This document shows positions 1-11,068 of a stretch of DNA of 64,000 bases, piece by piece. Each line of letters starts with the position of its first letter. Position 1 is the stretch's first letter. The notes beneath the pieces are model-generated. The model was not told the origin of the DNA. It saw only the letters and a program-made list of their open reading frames with translations, and searched no databases. This stretch comes from Eledone cirrhosa (taxonomy: Eukaryota): NCBI GenBank assembly GCA_964016885.1, contig OZ024747.1, positions 72,168,001-72,232,000 of the forward strand, written 5' to 3'. The position numbers and the translations under genes are program-made.

Positions 1-979
1 ATCCTTAAGCAAGACACTTTATTTCATGTTGTTGCAGTTTACTCAGCTGTAGATATGAGTTGTGACGTTTCAGGTGCTAAGCTGTATTGGCCTTTGCCTT
101 TCCTTGGACAACATTGGTGGCATGGAAAGAGGAGACAGCTATGTATGGGTGACTGCTGGTCTTCCACAAACAACTTTACCTGGGCTTGTGCCTCTACGTG
201 CAAATCCCATGGTCATTTGTCACAATACATGAGTTGACTTGAGGCTATTGTAAATGACACATGCCCAAAATGCCATGTAGTGAGATCGAATAAGGGGCTT
301 TATGATTGTGAAATGAAATTCTTAACAGTATTATCACATATATGTTATGACACAAGGCATAGGCAGACAGCTGAAAACAAATGTATATCTAGTGGTCAAC
401 TGATCGGATGGGACTGTCTGTATTCATTCATTTTCCTGTCTTCGCCTACATTTTTTATTCATTTATCTCTCTCTCTCTTTCTCTCTGTATATATATATAT
501 TAAATATAATAAATTAATTTAAATATATATAGTATGCTACTTGAAAGTCAAAAATCCGCTCCACCCCTTCACCCTCCTTGCTACCCCACGAGGGGCTGCG
601 GTCAGCCACAATATCTCTCCCCCTTCCCCCCCTCTCTTTCTTCCCCTCTATCTCTCTCTTAGCTACACACACACACACACATATATATATATAAGATAAG
701 TTCTCCTTCATGTTTATTCACTTTCGCCAATCCACCGCTGCTTCAATTATCTCTATGATGTACTCATGTAAACCGTAAAGTACAAATTATTCTCTCCTTT
801 CCACGCTCAATTTCGTACATAGTCCAAACAAACATCCAATCTCGCAAAATCCGAAATCTGTATTTTTTTGTTATCTATTTAAGGTTTAAATACGGTGTTT
901 TTGTCGTATTGAACAGAACAAATCTTGCAGTTTTGCTTTTTGTTAAATCGCTTGTTAAACATTCATAACCTTCCAGCTA

Positions 980-3900
980 GCTACCCCACACCCCTCCCTC
1001 CCGCCCCCACACGCCACCATACTTAATACGTGGACCAATCATAAGCCAGAGCCCCCCCCCCCCCCCGCATCACCACCATTATTATAAGCCAGAGCCCCCC
1101 TTCCCCCACCCCCACGCATCACCATTATTATTATTATTACGCGGACCAAATCATAAGCCAGAGGCCTATACTATCGCTTGCCCGGTTGCCTTCGATATAT
1201 GATGGATGGATGGATGGACGGACGGACTGCGGAATCCTGGAGAGTGGAAGGGAGAGAAAAATCTGGACGCCCAGAGCGAAAATGCCAAAGTTAAAGTCAA
1301 ATTCACCTCGTGGACGAGAATGCGAGCACTCCTCTTTGTTTCGTCCGCGGATGGCTAACATAACCCTATCTCCTCCCGCCCCCCACCACCCCCACCCTCC
1401 AAACGCAACCCAAAACTTCAGAGTTGGTACCATAAATGTAGGCACCCTAAAGGGTCGCGCTAACGAGGTTGTAGAAATGCTTGAACGTAAGGAGGTCGAT
1501 GTTTGTTGTATTCAAGAGACCAGGTGGAGGGGTGGGTCTGCTAGATTCATTGAGGGTAAAAAACGATGTTATAAGCTTTTCTGGGTGGGAAACGACGATG
1601 GGCTGGGTGGAGTAGGAATCATGGTAGCAGAAAAGTGGGCAGATAAGATAATAGACGTAAATAGAGTGAACGACAGAATAATTAAAATAAGACTTGTCCT
1701 CAATAGAACTACGGTGACAGTAATATCTGCGTACGCACCCCAATCCGGACTGCCCGGCACTATAAAAGACAGATTCTATGAGACACTGTTGCTAACTACC
1801 TCCCAAATATCTGACAGTGACTATATAATTATTGCAGGCGACCTAAATGGTCACGTTGGACAACATTGTGACGGCTACGACGAAATCCATGGAGGCTATG
1901 GGTTTGGTACTAGAAATGAGGAAGGCTCCAGAATCCTGGAATACTGTGATGCAAATAACCTAACTATCTGTAACACTAACTTCAAAAAACGTGACAATCA
2001 CCTGATTACCTATAGATCCGGGGAACACACAAGCCAGGTAGATTATATCCTTACCAGAAGACGTGACAGAGTGTCTGTTGTAAACACTAAATCCCTCCCC
2101 CATGAAGAATGCACCTCCCAACATAGACTGATAATTAGCGACCTCATAGTCAGGACGAGACGTACCCGACAGCAGAAGAGGACTATCCTCAGGAGGAAAA
2201 TATGGAAACTAAAGGACCCCACAGCCAGAAATAAATTTCAAAGCATATTACTTGATGCTTTCGACAGTAAGGAAGAGCATCTAGAATCGGACAATATAGA
2301 GGGACAGTGGAAATTTCTGAAAGCAAACCTGCTGTTGGCGACAGACGAGGTCTGTGGCTGGAGCAGGCCTGTAGGCAGGAGGAGAGTAACATGGTGGTGG
2401 AACAATAGGGTGGAGGGGTCAATTAAGGCCAAAAAGCAGGCTTGGAAAGTATGGCGGGATGGGGGAAGTAGAGTAGACTATCAAGTGGCCAGGAGGGAAG
2501 CTAGGAGAGAAGTGTACTTAGCAAGAAGGGAAGCTGAGGAAAGAAAGTTCAAGCATGTTCTACAACGCGATGACCAAAAACGTGAGGTGTTCAGGATTGC
2601 CAGGCAATGCGTCAAGGAAAACCGTGATATTGTCGGGGAGAAGTGTGTACTTAACGATGATGGCATACTTGCCATCACCGACACTGATAAGAAGGTAGCT
2701 TGGAAGTGTCACTATGAAAGGCTACTAAATGAGGAGAATAAATGGGAGAAAGACAGTCTCCCCCATATCGACCCGATAGAGGGACCAGCAGTGTTAGTCG
2801 AGGGGAGTATAATAAGTAAGGCAATCAAGGATATGAAGACTGGTAAGGCGGCTGGGCCTTCGGAAATAGTTGCTGAGATGCTGAAGGCATCTGGCACGGT
2901 GGGACACACCATGGTCACCCGCATAGTTAACCAAGTCGTACAGAATGGGGTTGTTCCGAAGGACTGGCATAGCAGCATCATCGTTAACTGTTATAAGGGT
3001 AAAGGAGACGCCCTAGATAGGAGTAACTATAGAGGCATTAAATTAATCGACCAGGTCATGAAGGTCACGGAAAAAGTAATAGCGCAACTAATCAGAGAGA
3101 GGATTGATCTAGATGAAATGCAGTTCGGGTTTGTGTCAGGCAAAAGCACCACAGACGCTCTTTTCATAGTACGACAACTACAGGAGAAGTACCTAGCTAA
3201 AGGTAAACCCCTCTACTTAGCTTTTGTCGACCTGGAGAAAGCCTTCGACAGAGTCCCCCGCTCCATTATCTGGTGGGCTCTTAGAAAACTAGGCGTTGAC
3301 GAATGGCTTGTGAGGGCTATACAAGCCATGTATAAAGAAACAGTCAGCAAGGTTAGAATTAACAACGAATATAGTGAAGAGTTTAGCGTAAAAGTTGGCG
3401 TCCATCAGGGCTCTGTTCTCAGCCCCCTACTATTTATTATTGCCCTTCAGGCTATAACAGAGGAGTTCAAGACAGGCTGCCCATGGGAACTCCTATACGC
3501 AGACGACCTGACACTCATAGCGGAATCAATGGCCGAGCTAGAGAAGAAATTCCAAACATGGAAGCACGGCCTAGAGTCAAAAGGACTTAAAATTAACCTG
3601 GCTAAGACCAAAGTTCTAGTTTGTAGGAAAGAAAACAAGGCGGCGGTCCCTTCTGGGAAATGGTCGTGCTCGGTATGTAGGAAAGGCGTAGGTAGAAACT
3701 CCATCTTATGTCCTAAATGCAAAGTATGGGTGCATAAAAGATGTAGTGGGATCACAGGTAAGCTAACTAAGAACATAGACTTTACATGTGGCCGGTGTTC
3801 TGGTGCAATAAGTAGCAGCAAGTGCCCACAAAATACTAGCTCTTTCAATTGCGCAGAGGGTTCTATAGAAATAGTGGACAGCTTCCGTTACCTGGGCGAT

Positions 3901-4823
3901 AAAATCAGCAGTGGGGGAGGGTGCTCTGAAAGTACTGTAGCTAGAGTCAGAACTGGTTGGAAAAAGTTCAGAGAGCTTATACCACTATTAGCTGCTAAAG
4001 GGTTCTCCCTAAAAATGAAAGGCAGGTTGTACGATGCCTGCATACGAACAGCAATGTTGCATGGTAGTGAGACCTGGGCATTGTGTGCAGAGGATATACG
4101 CAGACTAGAGAGGAACGAAGCTTGCATGCTCCGCTGGATGTGTAACAGTAATATACGTGAACGGCAAAGCATAAACGAACTAAGGAAAAAATTAGAGATA
4201 AGAGGGATCAGATGTTGTTTACTCGAGAGAAGGCTGCGTTGGTATGGACACGTGATGCGCATGAAAGTCGATAGCTGTATTACAAAGTGCAGGGCAATAA
4301 AGATAGACGGTAGCCACGGAATAGGCAGACCTAGAAAAACATGGGATGAGCTGATAAACTCCGACCTCACACACTTACACCTCTCCAAGACAATGTCACT
4401 GGACCGTGACCTTTGGCGGTACTCAGTAACAGAGAAGACCCGCCTTGCCAGTCGGCATCTCTAACAAACTACACCCCGTCCCGCCACCACCCCCACCCCA
4501 TCCACACCACCCCGTTCCATGTAAAGTTATGTTGGTGCCGCGCCATCCAGGCCGAAACAAACGAGATCGTGTAGGTGTCACGACAAAAAAACACACAGTC
4601 CACGCTGTAATGTGGCCGTGTAGGCAACACGGTAAAAACCTCCCAGACCCACACTGTAAATGTGGTTGGTGTTAGGAAGGGCATCCAACTGTAGAAAACC
4701 TGCCAGACAGTCCTATGCGAGCAAGACAATCACTCTTGCCTCAAGTGGGACTACCCCCGTCCAAACCCATGCAAGCGTGGAACACGGACGTTAAACGTTG
4801 ATGATGATGATGATGATGATGAT
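980..4823 (+). mobile_element. Near full-length RTE LINE (5' boundary approximate; 3' UTR 4465-4800 and (GAT)n tail to 4823)
   Basis: ORF above plus a 3' UTR shared with the truncated copies at 11.1, 24.7 and 31.6 kb; ends in GTTAAACGTT(GAT)n. The leader has three ATAAGCCAGAG-containing repeats. No clear TSD seen. Confidence 0.88.
1210..4464 (+). CDS. RTE-clade non-LTR retrotransposon ORF: APE endonuclease + reverse transcriptase with an internal PHD finger
   Basis: Uninterrupted ORF (first ATG 1210; alternatives 1282, 1351). APE motifs GTINVGTL, CIQETRW, SAYAPQ, AGDLNGHVG, SQVDYIL, SQHRLI; RT motifs NYRGIKL, QFGF, FVDLEKAFD, GVHQGSVLSPLLF, YADD (3496-3507), FRYLG (3883-3897); RTE-type C-terminus RLRWYGHV...GRPRKTW. 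Confidence 0.96.
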   Translation: MDGRTDCGILESGRERKIWTPRAKMPKLKSNSPRGRECEHSSLFRPRMANITLSPPAPHHPHPPNATQNFRVGTINVGTLKGRANEVVEMLERKEVDVCCIQETRWRGGSARFIEGKKRCYKLFWVGNDDGLGGVGIMVAEKWADKIIDVNRVNDRIIKIRLVLNRTTVTVISAYAPQSGLPGTIKDRFYETLLLTTSQISDSDYIIIAGDLNGHVGQHCDGYDEIHGGYGFGTRNEEGSRILEYCDANNLTICNTNFKKRDNHLITYRSGEHTSQVDYILTRRRDRVSVVNTKSLPHEECTSQHRLIISDLIVRTRRTRQQKRTILRRKIWKLKDPTARNKFQSILLDAFDSKEEHLESDNIEGQWKFLKANLLLATDEVCGWSRPVGRRRVTWWWNNRVEGSIKAKKQAWKVWRDGGSRVDYQVARREARREVYLARREAEERKFKHVLQRDDQKREVFRIARQCVKENRDIVGEKCVLNDDGILAITDTDKKVAWKCHYERLLNEENKWEKDSLPHIDPIEGPAVLVEGSIISKAIKDMKTGKAAGPSEIVAEMLKASGTVGHTMVTRIVNQVVQNGVVPKDWHSSIIVNCYKGKGDALDRSNYRGIKLIDQVMKVTEKVIAQLIRERIDLDEMQFGFVSGKSTTDALFIVRQLQEKYLAKGKPLYLAFVDLEKAFDRVPRSIIWWALRKLGVDEWLVRAIQAMYKETVSKVRINNEYSEEFSVKVGVHQGSVLSPLLFIIALQAITEEFKTGCPWELLYADDLTLIAESMAELEKKFQTWKHGLESKGLKINLAKTKVLVCRKENKAAVPSGKWSCSVCRKGVGRNSILCPKCKVWVHKRCSGITGKLTKNIDFTCGRCSGAISSSKCPQNTSSFNCAEGSIEIVDSFRYLGDKISSGGGCSESTVARVRTGWKKFRELIPLLAAKGFSLKMKGRLYDACIRTAMLHGSETWALCAEDIRRLERNEACMLRWMCNSNIRERQSINELRKKLEIRGIRCCLLERRLRWYGHVMRMKVDSCITKCRAIKIDGSHGIGRPRKTWDELINSDLTHLHLSKTMSLDRDLWRYSVTEKTRLASRHL

Positions 4824-4824
4824 A

Positions 4825-5034
4825 CAGGGTGTTTCAAAAATTTGATATCAATGGCCTGTTCCCAAAGTTGTCATATTGAAATATATATTGTGAATTAATG
4901 TGATAACATGGACATGTTTTGAGAATAAATTTTGTGTTACTCTACATGGAGCCTGCTTAGTCTCATTGTCCTAGACCGTGTAGTTTCTGGGATATTTACA
5001 TCTCAAATGATATTAAACTTTTTGAAACACCCTG
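4825..5034. mobile_element. Tc1/mariner-type MITE (~210 bp)
   Basis: ~26-bp TIRs CAGGGTGTTTCAAAAATTTGATATCA / TGATATTAAACTTTTTGAAACACCCTG, flanked by TA on both sides (4823-4824, 5035-5036). Confidence 0.85.
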
Positions 5035-5120
5035 TATATACACATGTGTGTGTGTAAGTCCCAGTTTCAATTGTGGGTAACCACAGTAAGGTACTCAAGG
5101 CATTTGAAGAGTGTATACAA

Positions 5121-5256
5121 CAACATTTAATATAGAAATGGCTTCTACAGGACTAGAACTGTTTCATTTGAAGGAAATCATCAAGAAAAGCCCTGATGAT
5201 TTCCTTTGAATGAAACAGTTCTAGTCCTGTAGAAGCTATTTCTATAATAAAATGTT
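5121..5256. repeat. Fold-back element with a hammerhead-like motif on each arm
   Basis: Arms ~5131-5183 / 5194-5246. Plus arm reads CTGATGA(5193)-T-TTC cttt GAA-T-GAAA-CAG ttctagtc CTG-TA-gaag. Partial copies at ~32770-32821, 41186-41212 and 52700-52735. Confidence 0.7.
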
Positions 5257-5730
5257 ATTATATATATATATGGTATGACACAATGCAGACAGGTCGTTAA
5301 GCTAGTTGGCAATGTTTATATTCTCTTTTGTTTTTCTCTAGATTCTGAATATTGGACACAACTCTGGAGTTTCTAATTAAAAACATAAAAAAACAACAAT
5401 AAAAAAGACAAAGAACAACAATAACAATAAGAACAACAATAATAATAAGAACAACAACAATAATAACAACAGCATTGACATAAAGAAAAAAAAATAGGAC
5501 TTTGACATGGACATATTGAAGAGAAAGGTGAGAAAGGTGAGCATTAATTAAGGTAAAAAACATGTTTAATCCCTAACGTTTATATTTTTTGTATATATAT
5601 ATATGTGTGTGTGTATGTGTATGTGTGTATGTGTGTGAGTGTGTGTGTGTATATATATATATACATCTTCTCTGTACTCACTCCTACTTTAAAAAAAAAA
5701 CATCTTGACCATGTCTCTATGTATGTATCT

Positions 5731-5775
<45 letters not shown>

Positions 5776-6021
5776 AACATAATTTTCTCTCTGTTTGTAT
5801 ATAATTATATGTGTGATAATGTGGATTACAAATTCCTAAAAGAAAAGGATTATTGCAGCCTTTGGGTATGGAACTCTAATCCGAATTACGAAACAACACT
5901 GCACCTATGCATACATTATACCTTACTAGACACCACACCTCTATATCTATGTAGTGTGTATAATATTAACACATTGTATTGAGCACTTTTATGTTTTTGT
6001 CTGAAAATACAAACGAATATA

Positions 6022-6314
<293 letters not shown>

Positions 6315-6652
6315 GGCTTAGTGGTTAGAGCATTGGCCTTGCAATCGAAAGGTTGCGAGTTCAATTCTCAGACCGGGTGATGTGTTGTTTCCTTGAGCAA
6401 GGCACTTTATTTCACATTGCTCCAGTTTACTCAGCTGTAGAAATGAGATGATAGGGACCCTAGTCCCTATCATTCCACTGCAAAGTGGTCGTGGAGGTGC
6501 CACGGAAAAAAAAAGCACCCAGCACTCACTGTAAATGAGGTTGGTGTTAGGAAGGGTATCCAGCTGTAGAAATCAAGCCAGAATCAGTTCCCGTCCCACC
6601 CTTGCATGCGGGGAAAAGCGGACGTAAAATGAAATGATGAAATGATGATGAT
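6315..6652 (+). mobile_element. tRNA-derived SINE with a CORE/V-like middle and an RTE-derived 3' tail
   Basis: A box GGCTTAGTGGTTAGAG, B box GAGTTCAATTC, TCCTTGAGCAAGGCACTT core; tail CACTGTAAATGAGGTTGGTGTTAGGAAGGGTATCCAGCTGTAGAAA matches the RTE 3' UTR (4652-4697); ends in (GAT)n. Confidence 0.85.
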
Positions 6653-6697
6653 CATCATCAATTAATGTCTATCTTCCATGCTAGCATGGGTTATAGT

Positions 6698-6802
6698 ATA
6701 TTCATTTATTAAGGCTAAATAGTGAGTCTTGTTACTTTTGTTTTGCTACAGGTGAAACTCCAGAGCAACAAGCCTCACTATTTAGTCTTAATAAATAAAT
6801 AT
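6698..6802. repeat. Fold-back with a hammerhead 3' half (GAAA-CTC-ca-GAG-YA)
   Basis: Arms ATATTCATTTATTAAGGCTAAATAGTGAGTCTTGTTACT / AGCAACAAGCCTCACTATTTAGTCTTAATAAATAAATAT; GAAA at 6754. Confidence 0.55.
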
Positions 6803-6858
6803 TAATACTCTACTTCGGTATTCAGTATTCTTTTCTCTCAGTCGTTAGCCACATGCGG

Positions 6859-6936
<78 letters not shown>

Positions 6937-7187
6937 GGCCTGTTGGGTATTTGTATCAGTTTTGCAACAAAGCTTGTAGGTCTGCTGCTAGATTCATGTG
7001 ACACATGAGAGTGTATAAGGAGCAAATTACGTTCACGACTATCTTGGGGCCTCACATGTCCCATTTGTAAAATGCAGGTGTGAGGCAGATTTGCAGACTC
7101 ATTCTTGGGCTCATGGTCGTTTAGCACAATGTTGAAGAGATGGCCTTCTTCTGTAGAGAAGTGGCAGTTATCATATATATATATCAT

Positions 7188-7480
7188 CATCATCCTCATC
7201 ATCACCGTTTAACGTCCATGTTTCCATGCTAGCATGGGTTTACAGAGTTGTCCTGTGTCTTCCTACTCGATAGATTCCATCAACTTTGAGCACTCTGCAC
7301 ATTTTTATACAGCTGTGATCCTTCATATGCATCACATGTCCATACCAATGCAATCTGCTCTTCTGCACACTGCATCTGATTCCTCCTATGCTTAGTTTCT
7401 CTCTCAGTTCGTTTATGCTTTGCCATTCACGAATATTACTATACACATCAATCAAAGCATTCAAGCTTCATTTCTTCCCA
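7188..7480 (-). mobile_element. Degenerate RTE 3' fragment
   Basis: Translates to NIREWQSINELREKLSIGGIRCSVQKSRLHWYGHVM..., homologous to the C-terminus of the RTE ORF; followed by an RTE-type tail. Confidence 0.8.
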
Positions 7481-7494
7481 ATCTTCGCAAGTCA

Positions 7495-7833
7495 TATCAT
7501 CATCATCATCCTTTTACGTCCGCTTTTTCCTGCTTGCAAGGGTGGGATGGGAACTGATTCTGGCTTGATTTCTACAGCTGGATGCCCTTCCTAACACCAA
7601 CCTCATTTACAGTGAGTACTGGGTGCTTTTTTGCCGTGGCACCTCCACGACCACTTTGCAGTGGAATGATAGGGACCCCAGTCCCTATCATCTCATTTCT
7701 ACAGCTGAGTAAACTGGAGCAATGTGAAATAAAGTGTCTTGCTCAAGGAAACAACACATCACCCTGTCTGAGAATTGAACTCACAACCTTTCAATTGCAA
7801 GGCCAATGCTCTAACCACTAAGCCATGTGCCTC
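7495..7833 (-). mobile_element. Second copy of the RTE-tailed SINE, inverted relative to 6315-6652
   Basis: Reverse complement of 6315-6652 with few differences; the ORF track shows near-identical pseudo-peptides at 6318-6518(-) and 7582-7821(+). Confidence 0.88.
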
Positions 7834-7993
7834 CGTATATATATGGTTAAACAAAAACAGAAACAATAAAAAAAATATATAATAATGATTGTTATATTTT
7901 AAACTGGTATCTATTTTTACCAAATACTGAAGGGTCATTGGTGGGATTTGAACTGAAATCTGATGTTCTGACAATTCTGTCAATTCACTGTGT

Positions 7994-8420
7994 AATAATG
8001 GTTTCTTATTTAGGCACAAGGCCCACAATTTTATGTGAGAGGGGAAAGGCAATTAAATCAACCCCAGTGCATTACTGGTACTTTATTTTATTGGCTCTGT
8101 AAGGACGAGAGGCAAATCTAACCTCGGTGGGATTTGAACTCAGAATGTAAAAGGCCGTAACTCTATGATGCAAGCATAATGTCCGATGCTCTTCTAATAA
8201 TATTGCCAAGCTAATGGTTTCTGATTTAGGCACAAGGCCAACAATTTTTGGAGTGGGCAATTCAATTACATCGATCATAGTGCATTACTGGTACTTTATT
8301 TTATCTATCCTGTAAGGATGACTGGCAAACCTAGCGTTGGTGAGAATTGAACTCACAACATGTGATGTAACTATATGCTGCTCTTTGTCCAATGCTCTAA
8401 TGGTTCTGCCATTTACTGTG
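7994..8420 (-). mobile_element. Two older tandem copies of the Meta-core tRNA SINE
   Basis: Repeated AATGGTTTCT..TTAGGCACAAGGCC...CATTACTGGTACTTTATTTTAT...GAACTCA; flanked by ACTGTGTAATAATG at ~7987 and ~8415. Confidence 0.7.
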
Positions 8421-9053
8421 TAATAATGCAATGATATTATTGTTCTTGTTTATCCCTAGGTCAGCACAGGCTTATGATGAAAAAGCTTTCCAGCCATAAC
8501 CTTCCCATATGATTTTGTTTTTGTTTTTCAAACAAATTGTATTGCCAAATGTATCCATCTTTTGAAGGTTAGTAGGGTATTATTCGAAGGAGATTTCGCT
8601 GCTACTTATTGGTTGAGTGACCACATAAAGAAATCCACACATTTCCCATCCCATTGTATCCTATTTTTCTAATGTCAGTAGGGTTTGATTTGAAGGAGCT
8701 TTAGCTACTCTTTCTAGCAGTCAAGTGATGCCATAGAATCTTCCTCATTTGTTTAGAAACATATTGTAACACATTTCATTTCAGTGTCAATTGGCAATTA
8801 AGTTGACCTGACCTTGGACCCCTAAATATGAAATTACAAGAGGAGGGTTTTGAGTAGTTTAGTAGTGTAGTATTGCGGTCAACAAGTTACTAGTGGTCAA
8901 AATGGTTCTCAGACTCATATTTTGATATCATAACAGACATATGTAAAATATCTAACACTTTCTTGTTATGTTAGTTATTGTAGCTAACAATTAAACTGAG
9001 TTTAAGCATGAACATGTGATTAATTATTATCATGAAGGAACATTAAATACTAT

Positions 9054-9565
9054 ATGAGGGTCGACTGAAAAGTTCAGAGGCTGACCAAGATACTCTCATG
9101 GAATAACCAAATGGGGTTTGTCTGTCAACATAGTCTCTGGAAAGAAACAATGTTGTTATTGATAAGAAGAGTTGAAATTAATGCATGCAAGATTTCACAG
9201 CTCTAGCATCACTCCTTCATAATCAGCCTATGGACTTATCAGTAAAGATGCATACTTTGTAGTATGCATTGAGTAGCTAGTTCTGTTACTTATACAACTA
9301 GATACTTATTGGTGAAACCAACTGAAATCTATTTACTTCATAGACTGACTATGAAGAAATGATGCTAGAGCTGTTAAATCTTGTATGTATCAATTTCAAT
9401 TCTCCTTATTAATAATTGCATTGTTTCTTTCCTGAGACTATGTTGAAAAATAAACTGCATTTAGTCATTCCTGGGAATATGTTGGTTAGCCTATGAAGTT
9501 TTCAGTCTATGAAATTTTAATTCTATTAATGTTTCAGCCTATTAACTTTTTGTCTGACCCTCGTA
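9054..9565. mobile_element. Mariner-like MITE(s), two units
   Basis: Termini TATGAGGGTCGACTGAAAAGTTCA...CAGCCTATTAACTTTTTGTCTGACCCTCGTA; same family at 33956-34156 and 48112-48248. Confidence 0.7.
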
Positions 9566-10545
9566 GCACCAAAGCATTCGATTTTGTTTCATTTTGTAAC
9601 CAGTAATATATGGTGGTTTGTTGTCACAGAGTATGCTATTACACTAAGAACGAAGTGAATTGGTAGAGTCCTTAGAATGTCATACAACATACTTTGCAGT
9701 ATTTGTTTCAACACTCTTCACACAGTTTACATCCTGCAGAGGTCAACTTTAAATTTTATCCTTTTGGTGCCAATGGCCTGTGTTAATCCCATGACCAAGG
9801 AAACATTCTGTCCAATCTACACTTTTCGTCAACAAGGACAGGTTGGCCTAAAACCATCAAAGTTGCTGAGGCTTCATCAAGCAATGAATAGAAAATCTAA
9901 AAGTCTAAAGTCTGACTCGGGCCCAAAGGCTCATCAGGCCAGTGCTTATCCTGGTTTCAATGGCATGAAGCAACTGAAAGTACTCCCCACTGGACATTAT
10001 ACTAGTCCATCACAGGGTTAATCCCCCCCCCCCCCAGCTATTGCTGGTACCCACTTTCAGCTGAGTATACTGGAGCAACATAAAATGAAGTGTTTTACTC
10101 AAGAACACAACATACAACCCAGTCCAGGAATTGAACCCATGACATTGTGATCATAAGTCCAACACCCTTACCACTTAGGATGGGTGGGGACAAAAAAGAT
10201 GAGTAGAAAAAATATTACACTGAAAATTTGAAAACAACACATTTTCTTTTAAGTGTAAATAGTTTAAATGGTATTCTGGTACAGCTAGGTAAAAGGATGT
10301 CCTATGCTGTAAGCTAAAAAGAGACAATAGATATAAATGTATTACTTGTGTAATGGCTGGCTCCCGTTACCGACATCACAGGTTTCCAAAGAATGTCAGT
10401 GCAGCAAGGCTAACATTCTTGTATGCTCTATTTTAGTTACTTGTCTTATGAATGTATGAATGGTTGTTGTTGTTGTAGACAATCTAGGTGACTGGGGACA
10501 TTGATGATGGGAAGGTTAGGCACCACACAACTGGTGTGTGTGTAC

Positions 10546-10583
<38 letters not shown>

Positions 10584-10624
10584 ATACTTGGGGAGAGTCA
10601 TATTGTTGTAATAATATTGCCAGA

Positions 10625-11014
10625 ATTAATAACAGAACACATTCACTGTTTGGTTGGCTTCTGTATCTTTTATATCAGTTAATTCATTCGGTCCTCAATG
10701 TTTACCATTGACTGACCAACGGTCAAAAATACAGATACAATATAGACACAAACACATATATATAGTCTAACAAAGTTCTTTCGTTACACATCTGCAACAT
10801 CGTCAGTGGTGCTATTATGTTTCCTCCTGTTGTATTGTATTGTATGTTTACGTCATCTTTATTTAGACTATATATATGTGTTTCTGTCTATATTATATCT
10901 GTATTTTTGACCGTTGGTTAGTCAACGGTAAACATTGAGGACCGAATAAATTAACTGATATAAAAATACAGAAGCGAAAACCAACCAAACAGTGAGTGTG
11001 TTCTGTTATTAAAT
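10625..11014. repeat. Long inverted repeat (~145-bp arms) enclosing a hammerhead motif; Penelope-like terminal relic
   Basis: 10625-10770 is the reverse complement of 10862-11014; flanked by (TA)n tracts. Confidence 0.8.
10768..10814 (-). ncRNA. Type I hammerhead ribozyme motif
   Basis: Minus strand: TAGCA-cca-CTGACGA-T-GTTGCA gatg TGTAAC-GAAA-GAAC-TT-TGTTA; intact core boxes and a 6-bp stem II. Confidence 0.65.
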
Positions 11015-11034
11015 TCATATCAAAAACCTCGCAA

Positions 11035-11067
<33 letters not shown>

Positions 11068-11068
<1 letters not shown>

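Noticed and set aside
1447-4388. Antisense ORFs over the RTE (and over the 62-63.5 kb element)
   Set aside because: Shadow ORFs of the true coding strand.
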